DNA of 62,194 bases from a virus. Its lineage: Duplodnaviria > Heunggongvirae > Uroviricota > Caudoviricetes. The position numbers and the translations under genes were made by a program. The notes under the pieces were generated by a model, which saw only the letters and a program-made list of their open reading frames with translations, was not told the origin of the DNA and ran no database searches. Below, one piece after another: positions 11,495-22,328 of the stretch. Where the stretch lies: IMG/VR virus record IMGVR_UViG_3300000304_000005, positions 64,001 to 126,194 of that record; one strand, written 5' to 3'. Positions within the stretch are counted from its first letter, which is position 1; each line of letters begins with the position of its first letter.

Positions 11495-13450
11495 AGCTGC
11501 TGCTTCTTCAAATGTATTTCCAGCTAATTCTAGTGCCGATGCAGAACGTGCCAATCCCTCGCCAAGACCGGCAGAAGTAATTGAATATTTATTATCCAAT
11601 TCGTTAAATGCATCAGCAATGTGGTTAACAGAAGCAACCACATTACCTTCGCCAAAATCTTGATTAAATGTATCTTTAAAACCATTATAGGCCGTTAAAA
11701 GGTTCTTAGATGCTTCGGCATAGTCAAGGTCTGAAATGTGCTGATACATAGCAGTAATATCAGCAAGCTGCAATGATGTATCTGCATCATAACCAGCACG
11801 AACCCAGTCTGCTGTAGCATTAATCGTATCAGTAAGAGTGGTACCATATTCCTTAGAAGAAGCAATCATATCAGAATACAGTTTATCATACTGGGCAGAA
11901 GTTAAATCCGTAACTCGATATAGACCGGTCATAGCCGTATCTACTTCAAGTACATTTTGCGCCATCATTCGAACAGCTTGAAAACCTTGCATAAATACAC
12001 CGGCAATACCAACATAAGATGCATATTGTCTAAATTGATTCTTAAGCCTATCACCGAAAGTCATCGTTGCCTTATCGGCAGTTTGTGCTTCTAGCTTAAC
12101 CTGCTGAAACTCTGATTTAAGATTATTTAAAGACGCAGAATCATTACATTGTTGTATTCTTGCTCTGATATTTTCAAGTTTGTCACCAAAATCAACAGCA
12201 GCAGCAGAATTGTTTTTTAGCCAAGATTGAATCTGCAAATCAAACGTCTTCTTTGATGATTCTAACTTTGTTAAATCCGTTTGATTTTTAATTTCGCGAT
12301 TGACACGCTGCTGCATAGATTCATTTGCTTTGAGCCTATTCTGAGTTACGGTTAATGCTTCATTATATTTATTTTGAAAACTAAGAAGCTCATCTATATT
12401 CCCTGTTTGCTGATATTTTGCCGAAGCATTACCGAATTCAGACCTCAAATTTTTCAGTTGTTCATACGCCTTTGTAAGTTCAGGAGTTTTATTAGCAATC
12501 TTATCAATACGAGCTGTTAATTGTTCAAAACCACCGTCAAGCGTTCCATTGTTAATTTTGCTAGCAAACGTATCGGCCATCTTGCGACGAGCATCTTCAA
12601 CCTTTGCTATTGTTTTATCTAAATCTGCTCTTGCTCTAGCTCCGCTTTCGGCTATACTATCAAAGAAACCATCAGGTATATTATTACCAAGTTTAGTTTG
12701 CAGCTCAACAGCCTTTTGAATAAGCCTGTCAATTTCGTTATCTATGGCCTTATATTGATTTGAGTTAACATCTAATCCGACTTGCTGTTTTTGCAAACTA
12801 TCCATTCGCTTATATGCACTAGCAAGCTCATTCATAGCAGCCTTAGTTTCAGATGCCTGCTGCTTAATGGCATTATTATGGCCTATATCACCATTTTTTT
12901 TCTGAATCATAGAGAGTTGATGGTCAACTTTTTCAAGCTCAATGGCAAATTCTCTAGCAGCAGTAACATCTAAACCATCAAAAATATCAATCTCGTTTGA
13001 ATCTGCAATCTTTTTTCTTGTTATTAATTTATCAAGATATTGTTCTAGCTCTTTTAATTGCCCAACATTAACGTCTGGATTGATAGAAAGCCTATTAATT
13101 TCTTTAATGGCGTTGTTAATTTCACGAATATTATCACGATATTCTTTTCCAGAACCAATCTGCGTGCTAACCTCAAGAGTTTGATTTTTTATATTTTTAA
13201 AAGCATCATTAGCTTTTTTTACAACACCAGAAGTATTAACATCGACATCTAATTTAACAGTTGCTTTTTTGCCAGACCCAACGCCAAGCGCTTTATTGAT
13301 TTGACTGGTCACTTGCTTGCTGATATCAGAAGCGTCAACATTAACTTTGATATCAAGCGTCTTATTCTCAAGAGAGTTTATTTTTTTCTCAAAAGCATCA
13401 AGTTTACCAGTATCAATATTAGTATCAACAGAAATTCTATAATCTGCCAA
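11495..13450 (-). CDS. Tape measure protein, exon 1
   Basis: 652 codons from a TTG start with AAGGTGGTG RBS. TP901-type core (VLEVDTAMTGLYRVTD...ADWVRAG...NELDNKY...GLARSASAL). The TAG at 11492-11494 is the first intron triplet. Confidence 0.93.
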
Positions 13451-13539
13451 TTATAATCACCACCTTAAAGTGCTATCTACACCATTCATGTGCCATACAG
13501 CACCAATAAGGTGCCATTTTTCAATAAATAAAAGCAACC

Positions 13540-13974
13540 CTAATGAATAGGGATGCCAGCAGCTATCAATTCTTTTTTTACAATGCTCATGATTTGCCCG
13601 TCTATTTGATTCATACTTTTAGTCCATACGGCAGTTCCTCCGGGCTTAGCGCCACCGTGGCTATCTTCACCACCGAGCATAACGCCAGCAAGAATGCGTT
13701 CCTCATCCCAATCATCTTTAATATGATTAAACATGCTAGAATCAATATAAATTTCAAAACTAGCACCGACCATTCTCCCTTTAACAGAAGCACTTGCCAT
13801 ATCATAAATTGCCCGTGCTATCTGATATGTTCGAGAATACATTCTTGGATTATACTCACTATAATACTCCATGCAAACGCGATAAATAATATCCCTGACT
13901 TGAATCTTGACAGCCTCCATAGCCTTTACAACTTTTTTGGCTAAATCTTGTTTAATCTGTTGAACAGTAGCCAT
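13540..13974 (-). CDS. Hypothetical protein, possible tail completion protein
   Basis: 144-aa ORF in the tail operon with YxRTY motif; function from position only. Confidence 0.55.
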   Translation of the reverse strand: MATVQQIKQDLAKKVVKAMEAVKIQVRDIIYRVCMEYYSEYNPRMYSRTYQIARAIYDMASASVKGRMVGASFEIYIDSSMFNHIKDDWDEERILAGVMLGGEDSHGGAKPGGTAVWTKSMNQIDGQIMSIVKKELIAAGIPIH

Positions 13975-13979
13975 AACTA

Positions 13980-14693
13980 TTACTCCGCGTTATTCTCTGT
14001 TTCCTTAACAGTGTTCTTTTTTCGAGCAGAAGCCTTCTTAGAAACCGCACCGTCCTTGCCATCAACTACAGCAAAGTCATTATTCTTCTTCGCATTCTCA
14101 CGAACTTTCTCCATAGTTACCTCTCGTTTTTTCTGATTCGCTATAACTTCCTTCGCCTGCTTCTTAAATACATCAGACTTAGCATATGCTTCAAGCATCT
14201 TCTTAGGAGTAATATCTCCTTTCAACTTACCGAAGACATTTGCCATGCCAGTCATAGCATCAACATCGATGTCTGCGAACTTCTTCTCAAGAGTATCAAG
14301 AACCTTTGAGATAGCATCGGCGATAAGGGAAGGATGAATACCGGTCTTATATTCAATCATCTTATCCACATTTTCATAAAGCTCCTGAACAACATCAAAG
14401 TCCATACCGAGCTTCATGACCGTAGCTGCGTTATTATTCGCAAGGAACTCTTCAACGTAATCGATAGTATCCTCATTATTATCAGCAATAACGATATCAC
14501 TGAAGAATTCAATAAGACAGAAGTCAAAAGTCATATCCTTAATCATAGGATAGTAATAATCATCGCCACATACCGTGTCTACAACAGACTTAACAAAAGA
14601 AAGCTTCTTGCTCATAGAAGGGCTAGCGTAGTAATTGAACTCAATCTCTTCGCCGTTGCTAATATAAGTATCATTAATAATCTTATCGCTCAT
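13980..14693 (-). CDS. Hypothetical protein, possible tail assembly chaperone
   Basis: 237-aa ORF with RBS upstream of the TMP. Confidence 0.55.
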   Translation of the reverse strand: MSDKIINDTYISNGEEIEFNYYASPSMSKKLSFVKSVVDTVCGDDYYYPMIKDMTFDFCLIEFFSDIVIADNNEDTIDYVEEFLANNNAATVMKLGMDFDVVQELYENVDKMIEYKTGIHPSLIADAISKVLDTLEKKFADIDVDAMTGMANVFGKLKGDITPKKMLEAYAKSDVFKKQAKEVIANQKKREVTMEKVRENAKKNNDFAVVDGKDGAVSKKASARKKNTVKETENNAE

Positions 14694-14725
14694 ATTCTTA
14701 CTCCTTACCTTTATAGCATATATAT

Positions 14726-15235
14726 TTAGTTATTATACCTATCGTAAATCTTTTCTAGCAATCCGTCAACATCCCATGTCCAACGAGTTCTTGCCTTTGT
14801 ACCATCTAGCTTAATGGCTCCATTCATGATGATGTCTATTTCATTGTATGATTTTTTAATCGTGTTGTGCATCATCTTATTGAATTCAGTGATGTGCATG
14901 AAATAACATCTCTCAAAATGGGTATCATCATCACGATAATTCAATAAGAACCCCGGTACAACATAGTCATATTCAGAAAATTTCGTTAAACTTTCAATTT
15001 GATTTTCTCGTACCATGGAATATGGCATGCTTTTAGATTTTGTACTCTTAAGCTCAATTGGGAAAAACAACCTATGTTTAGTATCGTACATCAGGTAGTC
15101 ACATGGATTTTGAATTGAGAATCTTGCGGTTTTCTGAAATGACTGGGGAGGGTCGTTAAGCCGATGCAACAAACAATAATCAGGAACAGATTTTTTAAAA
15201 TCCGATTCAAACACCTTTCCTGCATTCTTAGCCAT
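14726..15235 (-). CDS. recU: RecU-like Holliday junction resolvase
   Basis: GKVFESDF...NPCDYLMYD...IELKSTK pattern of RecU-type PD-(D/E)XK resolvases. Confidence 0.72.
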   Translation of the reverse strand: MAKNAGKVFESDFKKSVPDYCLLHRLNDPPQSFQKTARFSIQNPCDYLMYDTKHRLFFPIELKSTKSKSMPYSMVRENQIESLTKFSEYDYVVPGFLLNYRDDDTHFERCYFMHITEFNKMMHNTIKKSYNEIDIIMNGAIKLDGTKARTRWTWDVDGLLEKIYDRYNN

Positions 15236-15452
15236 TTAAACCACCATTATATTTCTTGTTTCTCCAAAGAGGGGAGAGACGCTTATGGTCTTCACGAGAA
15301 AAACAGAATACAAGCTTTTCTTCATTATCCCTGAACAAATCATATAATGTAGCTCCCCAAAGCATATACAGCACAGACTGTTCGATGTTACGGAAATACA
15401 CCATATCATCAGGGTCGAATACCAAACCCGTCACCAAACTTTTTTCTTTCAT
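15228..15452 (-). CDS. Small hypothetical protein (DUF5659-like)
   Basis: 74-aa ORF overlapping the next start, with RBS. Confidence 0.6.
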   Translation of the reverse strand: MKEKSLVTGLVFDPDDMVYFRNIEQSVLYMLWGATLYDLFRDNEEKLVFCFSREDHKRLSPLWRNKKYNGGLNG

Positions 15453-15580
15453 ACATTACACCTTTCTTAGCTTTGCTTAAAAAAAAGGACACCCAACACA
15501 AAAGTGTGAAAGTGTCCTTTTCTATATAATATGAAGCTTCGTAATAATAACACGAAACATCAACAACTCAATTCACACTT

Positions 15581-16054
15581 TTATTTATCAACAGCATCAG
15601 TCTCTACTTCGGCACCAGCTGGTGCTTCAGCTTTAGCTGGTTCTTCATTCTCAACTGATTTATCCGTTACTTCAGATTTAGCATCATGCTTTTCTGAATC
15701 TGCCTTTGTATTAGATGTTTTCATATTCATATGCGCATCTTTTTTACCAGCATTGGCTTCTTTTTTAACAGTACGCCTAGTCTTAACAGCGCCTTGAATC
15801 TTCTTGATGATATCGCGGATATGTGGGCGAAGCTCGTCTATATCTGATACATCGATATTCTTAAGTTTTGCAGCAGCTTCAGCATCGGTATATAAACCCG
15901 TGGTATAACCATGAACCAACTGATAAATCTTATAATGTTCAGCAGTATCGCAATGGCGTTTCCATACGGCATTCTGATTGCCTTTACATGAATAGCACAT
16001 ATGATATGGCTTACCGCAAATTGCACAGGTTGCATTCAGTTTATTAGTTGTCAT
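15581..16054 (-). CDS. Zn-ribbon protein with charged tail
   Basis: CAICGKPYHMCYSC...WKRHCDT; 157 aa with GGAGG RBS. Confidence 0.7.
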   Translation of the reverse strand: MTTNKLNATCAICGKPYHMCYSCKGNQNAVWKRHCDTAEHYKIYQLVHGYTTGLYTDAEAAAKLKNIDVSDIDELRPHIRDIIKKIQGAVKTRRTVKKEANAGKKDAHMNMKTSNTKADSEKHDAKSEVTDKSVENEEPAKAEAPAGAEVETDAVDK

Positions 16055-16129
16055 ATATATTTACACCTCCATGGAGTTGTTTGCTTTATGTATATAAAAA
16101 GAGCCACGTAATTCGTGGCTCTGAAGGGA

Positions 16130-16706
16130 TTATGATATTTTTAAAAATTTATCTCCAATGCACACACATCCATTATCATAAGCATTGTTAAATTCTTCTC
16201 TTAAAATGTATGTGAAATCTTTATTTCGTTTTGCTTTATAACGAATTGTACTGCTAGGAATCTGTTTCCCCAAAAGTTTTAAGCTATTGCGACTTGCCGC
16301 TTTTGCATCATTAAAATATATATTCGTTAAAATATGCTTTAAGGGATTAATAATAGGTGGCTTTATTTCTCGCTTGTGACACCATCCCATATCATATCCA
16401 ACCTTTAAAGCATCATAAATAATTTTTTCTGACTTATGAAACTTATTTTCCATATCAACAACGGTTGCTTCTAGATGTTATTCCCAATACTCGCACATAT
16501 CCTTAATTCTACCGTTTTTATTAATAGAATCTTCAATACTTTCCCAATTTACATTATCAAAAGATATAATAACTGCAAGTTTGGAATCAATAATTGATTT
16601 TTTAATATAATTAAAGTCAAATGCAAGTGCGCGTTAATTTCTTTTTATCAATAATGGTAATATCGCGTTTATCACTGACAATCCTATCACCTATGTTATA
16701 TTCCAT
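16130..16706 (-). pseudogene. Degenerate free-standing homing endonuclease
   Basis: GGAG RBS + MEYNIGDRIVSDKRDITII, then a frame break. FDFNYIKKSIIDS...VNWESI resembles FDYIYDSIMNS...VDWDYV of 23003-24145. In-frame TAA at 16478-16480. Confidence 0.7.
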
Positions 16707-16776
16707 AAATAACTCCAAATATATAAAACCAATAAGTTCATAAAGTTATTTATGAATTATAACATAAATATAATTA

Positions 16777-16818
16777 TAAAAACGGAGGGACTGTGAAATA
16801 CACAATCCCTCCGTTTTT
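16777..16818 (-). terminator. Intrinsic terminator after the major tail gene
   Basis: AAAACGGAGGGA...TCCCTCCGTTTT stem with T-tracts on both strands. Confidence 0.8.
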
Positions 16819-16837
16819 AATATTTAATATTAATAAG

Positions 16838-17629
16838 TTATTCTGCTACGATGATATCGAAAAGTGTAGCATTAACCTCGTCGCAATAATCCCTGTTGAT
16901 TTGTAGCTCGAAGGGATGCTGACCAGTAGAGGTAAGCGCAATCTCAATAGACTCAGGGTTAAGCTTAGCCTTTGGAATTACAATCTTGCCAGAGTAAACA
17001 ATGCTCTCGTTGCAAACGTCACGGAAGATAACGTAAGCGATGGCAGAGCAAGCTTCGGGGAAGTTGGATGCAGAGTTGTGAACCTTAACTGCGTTTTCAT
17101 TCTCAAAAGTATACTCTACATAAAGCTGACCAGTGAAACCAGTTGGGGGAATAATCTTGCCTCCAGTGACTTGGAACTCGGTAGCAGAAGCGGCAGCGCC
17201 AACAGTAAAGGTGCGACCGATACCGCCATTTACAAGTTCATAAGCATAGTGGATTTCTTCAGCATCAGCGGGAGTATGGGCGAGAGCGATGCCAGTAGTA
17301 GCATCAGCAGAAGTAAAAGTTAGAATCTCATAAGTGTAGTCAAGAATCTCTGTGCCTGCACCTGCAACTTCTTTCTTAGTACCATACTGAGCAGCGGCAA
17401 GGTCGAGAGAGAAGAGAGCATTATTTGCAGTAAACGCAGCAGATTTAGCACGATACATAGTAGTAATACGAGAACCAAGTGCGTCAGTAACCTCTTCGCC
17501 TTCAGCAGTGCAGTTTAGAGAAGGCTCTGCAAGCTGAGTTAGACGACAAATCATGCTACCATCAGTTAGGTCATGTAGAGTAAGACTGCGTACACGGTCA
17601 AGTACGAGTTCGTTGATATTAAGAGCCAT
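16838..17629 (-). CDS. Probable major tail (tube) protein
   Basis: 263 aa with its own terminator and tail-module position. Ala/Thr/Gly-rich beta-type sequence. Confidence 0.7.
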   Translation of the reverse strand: MALNINELVLDRVRSLTLHDLTDGSMICRLTQLAEPSLNCTAEGEEVTDALGSRITTMYRAKSAAFTANNALFSLDLAAAQYGTKKEVAGAGTEILDYTYEILTFTSADATTGIALAHTPADAEEIHYAYELVNGGIGRTFTVGAAASATEFQVTGGKIIPPTGFTGQLYVEYTFENENAVKVHNSASNFPEACSAIAYVIFRDVCNESIVYSGKIVIPKAKLNPESIEIALTSTGQHPFELQINRDYCDEVNATLFDIIVAE

Positions 17630-17702
17630 AATATTTTCCTCCTAAAACATTTTAGAAAAATAACAATTTATAATTCCCCAGTCCAAACAAAGAACAGTAG
17701 AA

Positions 17703-18542
17703 CTAAAGTTCTCCTGTCCAATCTAATCGATTCCTATCAACACCTTTAAGACTGGCGAAACCAGAATAAGCACCCTGCAAAAGCAGCGTACTATCTTGAA
17801 TTTTATTTGCCCGCTTAATATTATCCAAGAACATATTAACAGGCATATTCCAAATCCTATCGTCTCCAACCATACCGCAGTATACGGCCAAGGCAGAAAC
17901 AAGAGGCTTTAAAACACTTTTATAAGATTTATTCGCAGCCATCATTGCTTCATCTCTGGCATCCTCAATAAGGTCAAGCCTTGTCCGTTCGTTTCCGGGC
18001 ATCTCGTTATTCCTTTTCATCCCGTGAATCTTTCGAACAGCATCGACTATCCTCATATATACAACCCTATCTATAGTGATATCATGTTCCATATCATATA
18101 GAATAATTTGGTCGTTTGTCGTATCCGTACATGGAGTAAAGTCTGCAAGGTCAGTACCACCAAGAACAAGCCCAAGAGGATTGATTAACATATCTTCCAA
18201 ATCATCTTCGGAAATCATCTTCAATTCTTCTTCATACTTGTCCGGGTTATCCTTCAGTTCTTTATATATCTTTTTCCTGCTCGATACAACTTGAGATGTA
18301 AACTTGATAAACAAATCATAATCATCTATCTTAGTATAATCAATACCGAGATAGTCATTGAGCTGCCATTTCAAATCAGCACCAACGGCACATAGCGTAT
18401 GAACGGCACTGAAATATTTCTTCTCGCCGAAATCTGCTATCTGTCCTATAGTGGGCTGCGTGACTGTAATCTTCGGGGTAATCTGAATATCAGCTCCCCG
18501 ATATATTTTCAATTCATCTAGTTCATATTCTATCTTAGCCAT
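17703..18542 (-). CDS. Hypothetical tail-module protein
   Basis: 279-aa ORF with RBS, contiguous in the late operon. Confidence 0.65.
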   Translation of the reverse strand: MAKIEYELDELKIYRGADIQITPKITVTQPTIGQIADFGEKKYFSAVHTLCAVGADLKWQLNDYLGIDYTKIDDYDLFIKFTSQVVSSRKKIYKELKDNPDKYEEELKMISEDDLEDMLINPLGLVLGGTDLADFTPCTDTTNDQIILYDMEHDITIDRVVYMRIVDAVRKIHGMKRNNEMPGNERTRLDLIEDARDEAMMAANKSYKSVLKPLVSALAVYCGMVGDDRIWNMPVNMFLDNIKRANKIQDSTLLLQGAYSGFASLKGVDRNRLDWTGEL

Positions 18543-18560
18543 ATTTCACACCAACAACAA

Positions 18561-19058
18561 TTATTCAATAACACACATAGAGTTATTCAAATCAGTAGCC
18601 TTGAATATCAGAGTACGATATAGATAATCCTTTTGAAAAGAACCTTCGACATTGCTAACAAGCGTAAGCTTGCCTATACCTATATCATCCCGGCCATTCA
18701 ATTTCTCATCTATAAGCCTAGCTAAATAATCGTTCCTGTTCTCAGTGACTTTAGGAACGTTATCCACATTCATGTGTTTCTCATGAGAGATAATCCAAAT
18801 CTCAATGGTAGGGGAGACATATACATTGCTTGAATTACTATACCCATAAGATTGCGGAATATGAACCTGAATTGTAATAAATGTTTGTATATCATTCATT
18901 GTATTTGGATTTTGGTTAAAATTAAAAATATGCGTATTAACAAGCTTCTCACCGGTATCGCCTTTATCACAACCAATCGCATCAACGATACCTTGGTCTT
19001 TAATAAATTCCTTAATTATCTTGTTTTTGGCGTATCCGACAATTGAACTATTAGCCAT
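18561..19058 (-). CDS. Possible tail terminator protein
   Basis: Start MANSSIVG chosen from the AAAGGAG RBS; position between head closure and tail tube genes. Confidence 0.55.
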   Translation of the reverse strand: MANSSIVGYAKNKIIKEFIKDQGIVDAIGCDKGDTGEKLVNTHIFNFNQNPNTMNDIQTFITIQVHIPQSYGYSNSSNVYVSPTIEIWIISHEKHMNVDNVPKVTENRNDYLARLIDEKLNGRDDIGIGKLTLVSNVEGSFQKDYLYRTLIFKATDLNNSMCVIE

Positions 19059-19080
19059 AATGATAACTCCTTTCCAGCCA

Positions 19081-20139
19081 TTATAGTAACGACTTGACAC
19101 TAAGAAGAAGAGAGGACGCATACTGGTTTCTATCATCTGATAGAACAAGTTTGAAATCCTCATCAATAAAATCATCATTATCAATACTAATCGTTATCGT
19201 ATTATCGCCATATTCAATGTTAAGAAAATCAAGAAATGGACAGATAAAACTCCATTTAGGAACCACATTTTCAACTTGATTACCGCTCTCGTCATAAAAC
19301 TTAGCCGTAAAAGTCTGAGGACTACCACCGGATTTAATAATCTTTGTATCATATCCAATAATAGATTTAGATACTAAATCATCTTCTCCGGTATCAGCTT
19401 CCAAATCATCTTTATTCTTGTAATCACAGATTCCAAGCTCAAGATTATCCTCATCATGGTCAATAGCATATTCGGTAACAGTAACTTTAACCAGTCCTTT
19501 TTTACCATAGTTATAACTCGTAGTATCATTTTGAGTTACAATAAATGTAGTTGGATGCTCATAGTCTTTATCTAAAAAGAACCTTTGCGGTGTTTTCAAA
19601 ATGACGGTATTATCATCACATGGAAGAGTAAGCATGTGCTGAGAAGAACCTATGGTAAATTGTCTATTCGATTGTTCGCCAGAGTTATACTGTGTAGTAT
19701 TCATGTCATGACAAGGATATTCAAGGATAGTTCCATCTGATTTTTGCCATTTTAAAATCCAATTGCATAGCGTCAATCTCCCTTGCCAATGGATACCATC
19801 TATATTAAATGATTCTGTGCAAATCAAATATGAATCTTGATTTGAATCATATAAAATATCACCGACGATAATAGGAGAATCTATTAATGTTTGAAACTTT
19901 ACACGAACACCGTTTGCAGCAGAAAATTCACGTTTGAATAATCTAATACGCAAAGGAATATCATCTTTATAAAATTCTTTCCCTGTTTTACCAACGCTCC
20001 ACATATATATGCCCATGGTACATGATGCATCGTCATTAAATACCTCATCTAACAGCTTTATACTATTGAATATATTTTCTTCTCGTAAAGAATTTCCAGT
20101 ATATTGCATTTTTAATTTAAATCTATCAAGACTATTCAT
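19081..20139 (-). CDS. Possible head closure / head-tail joining protein
   Basis: 352 aa with IIVGDIL...YLI...WILKW pattern; position after the adaptor. Confidence 0.55.
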   Translation of the reverse strand: MNSLDRFKLKMQYTGNSLREENIFNSIKLLDEVFNDDASCTMGIYMWSVGKTGKEFYKDDIPLRIRLFKREFSAANGVRVKFQTLIDSPIIVGDILYDSNQDSYLICTESFNIDGIHWQGRLTLCNWILKWQKSDGTILEYPCHDMNTTQYNSGEQSNRQFTIGSSQHMLTLPCDDNTVILKTPQRFFLDKDYEHPTTFIVTQNDTTSYNYGKKGLVKVTVTEYAIDHDEDNLELGICDYKNKDDLEADTGEDDLVSKSIIGYDTKIIKSGGSPQTFTAKFYDESGNQVENVVPKWSFICPFLDFLNIEYGDNTITISIDNDDFIDEDFKLVLSDDRNQYASSLLLSVKSLL

Positions 20140-20173
20140 GATGCATCACCTCCCAAACCATCATATACATAAA

Positions 20174-21778
20174 TTAATCATCCGCTGCATTTGCAGCAGA
20201 AAAGATTTCCGTTATCTCTTCATCCGTCATTTCAATCATTCCGTCAAGCTTTGTCTTATCACCAGATGACATCAAACCGTCAGAAGACGCAGTTGCATTT
20301 TCATATGTTGTATTTGTATCCTGTGCAGGAATCCCAAGACTTGTAATATCATCTTTTGTAACGGCGGTAGCGCTAATTACATGTCCCTCTGCATTAGTAG
20401 TAATTTTATATAAACCACTATTAAAAGCAGAGCCTTTTGCTAAAGCGTGTTGGTATGCCACATCGCCATGGTCACCACGAAATGCAGTTGCAGACGTTTC
20501 GCCAAGAGCCAGAGATGCGCTAATCTCCACATATGCAGAGCCGCCCCAACGATATGTCTTGTTGGTTTCCTTGTCAACATAAATCTTACCTGCTTCGCCA
20601 GTTGGAGGTAGGGAAGCATAGTTCTCGGCCTCAACTACATCATCAACATAACTGGGTAAATTTTCAGACGGAATAGTGCCGGTAAGTTTATCGGCAGACA
20701 AACCTGCAATCTTCGAATCTGGAATTGATGGAATCCTGTCCAAAGAAAACGTTCCACCCGCTATGTCGCTGGCCTCATGGGTATGTACCGCATTTGCCTT
20801 GGCATCTAGAAGACTATTAATTTCGTCTTCTGTATAATATCTATCGTCATGAGTATGACTTAAATTAGCCTTAGTCTCAAATTTAGAATCAATTTCTGTC
20901 TCAGTGTAATATCTGTCATCATGATTATGAGTAGCATCCGCATAAGTTACATCTGCAACAGCCTTTGTAACAAAATTTGAAACATCAGGAATTACACCTT
21001 CTGCGATTTTATCAGAAGTTACCCCGCCATCAGCAATGCCGAATTCAGTTCCCTCTAGTTCAAGCCCTCCCTGTGGCTTCGCGGTATATTTAGTATCGGT
21101 ATCAGTCGCAGAAATTGTCACATCGTTACCGCTCTGATTGACCTGAACATTCGTACCAGCCTTAATATTGGCAGCAGCAATCTTACCGTCAATCTCATCC
21201 TGCAAAATACCATCTTGCTTTTCACGTGCAGAAGCCTCTTCGGCAATTGTTGCAGAAATAGTAGAATCAAGATTGTCAAGTTTAGTTTTATCTTCCGCAG
21301 ACATCAAACCAGCGTTATTGGCTGTCGCGTTTGAATATGTCGTATCTTGCTCTGGGATTCCAAGTGATGCAACATCTTGTTTTGTTACGGGAACAACGTT
21401 TACAATGTGTCCTTCTGCATTTGTCTCAATTTTATAAAATCCAATTGTTTGTGCGCCGATGGGACTTGACGGATGTACATAAAAAACATCCGGCTTACCG
21501 ACAATATCATTCCATTTAACAATTGATGCCGAACCGCCATTACCATGAGTGTCATCAATGACCTCCCAAGCCGCGCCATTATATGCATATTGTTGACCTT
21601 CTGAAATCACATAATATGCATCGCCTAATTTATTATCGGATTTCGGCAAATCTTCTAGGCTTTCTATTTGCCCTTTATAAGTCATTTCTAAATTAATGAC
21701 AGGTGAAAGCCAAGAATCAAGACGATTGACTATATTATCGCCATCGACTTCAGACTTTTTATCCATAAAACACATCAC
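20174..21778 (-). CDS. Fibre-like virion protein (head fibre or whisker candidate)
   Basis: H(N/T)HDDRYYTE repeats and a duplicated YKIxTNAEGH...SLGIPxQDT...GLMSxxDKTKLD module. Confidence 0.65.
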   Translation of the reverse strand: MMCFMDKKSEVDGDNIVNRLDSWLSPVINLEMTYKGQIESLEDLPKSDNKLGDAYYVISEGQQYAYNGAAWEVIDDTHGNGGSASIVKWNDIVGKPDVFYVHPSSPIGAQTIGFYKIETNAEGHIVNVVPVTKQDVASLGIPEQDTTYSNATANNAGLMSAEDKTKLDNLDSTISATIAEEASAREKQDGILQDEIDGKIAAANIKAGTNVQVNQSGNDVTISATDTDTKYTAKPQGGLELEGTEFGIADGGVTSDKIAEGVIPDVSNFVTKAVADVTYADATHNHDDRYYTETEIDSKFETKANLSHTHDDRYYTEDEINSLLDAKANAVHTHEASDIAGGTFSLDRIPSIPDSKIAGLSADKLTGTIPSENLPSYVDDVVEAENYASLPPTGEAGKIYVDKETNKTYRWGGSAYVEISASLALGETSATAFRGDHGDVAYQHALAKGSAFNSGLYKITTNAEGHVISATAVTKDDITSLGIPAQDTNTTYENATASSDGLMSSGDKTKLDGMIEMTDEEITEIFSAANAADD

Positions 21779-21816
21779 CTGCCTTAAGCATCTTGCAAAT
21801 ATTTTTATAAATTTAT

Positions 21817-22302
21817 TTAAACTTTATCCACATCGAATCTATCATTCTCTTTTTTATCATATCCATCGCTGAACGAAATCCCACTGTCTTTATAACTTAA
21901 CCAAGCATAACGAGATAGCAACGACTCATTTTCAGATAGATATGTTTTATGCATAGCCATCAGCTTATCTAGCATGTTGGCCGAACTAAAGGAGTTAAAA
22001 TCCGTTGAACTTAATGATGATTTGAGAAGGGTGGGAGTTCTGATATATGTTGAATCAAGATATTCAATCAAAAGAAAATTACCAAGAATCTCAACTTCAA
22101 TATCAGAAAGCTCTACGTTAAATTCACCGATTTCATCATTGCGGTCACTCAAATCTTTTCTACAAACATGGAACCTCGTAATAGCAGGAACGAGATAATC
22201 ATGCAGGCACTCCCTTACTTCATCCTCTGACATCAGAGGAATCTCCCAGCTTCTAAACTTAGGTAGAACATTGTCATAGATTCTATCAAAAGATGTACCC
22301 AT
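21817..22302 (-). CDS. Probable head-tail adaptor
   Basis: 161-aa helical ORF downstream of the capsid genes. Confidence 0.55.
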   Translation of the reverse strand: MGTSFDRIYDNVLPKFRSWEIPLMSEDEVRECLHDYLVPAITRFHVCRKDLSDRNDEIGEFNVELSDIEVEILGNFLLIEYLDSTYIRTPTLLKSSLSSTDFNSFSSANMLDKLMAMHKTYLSENESLLSRYAWLSYKDSGISFSDGYDKKENDRFDVDKV

Positions 22303-22328
22303 GATTACTCACCAATTTTCATATAATA

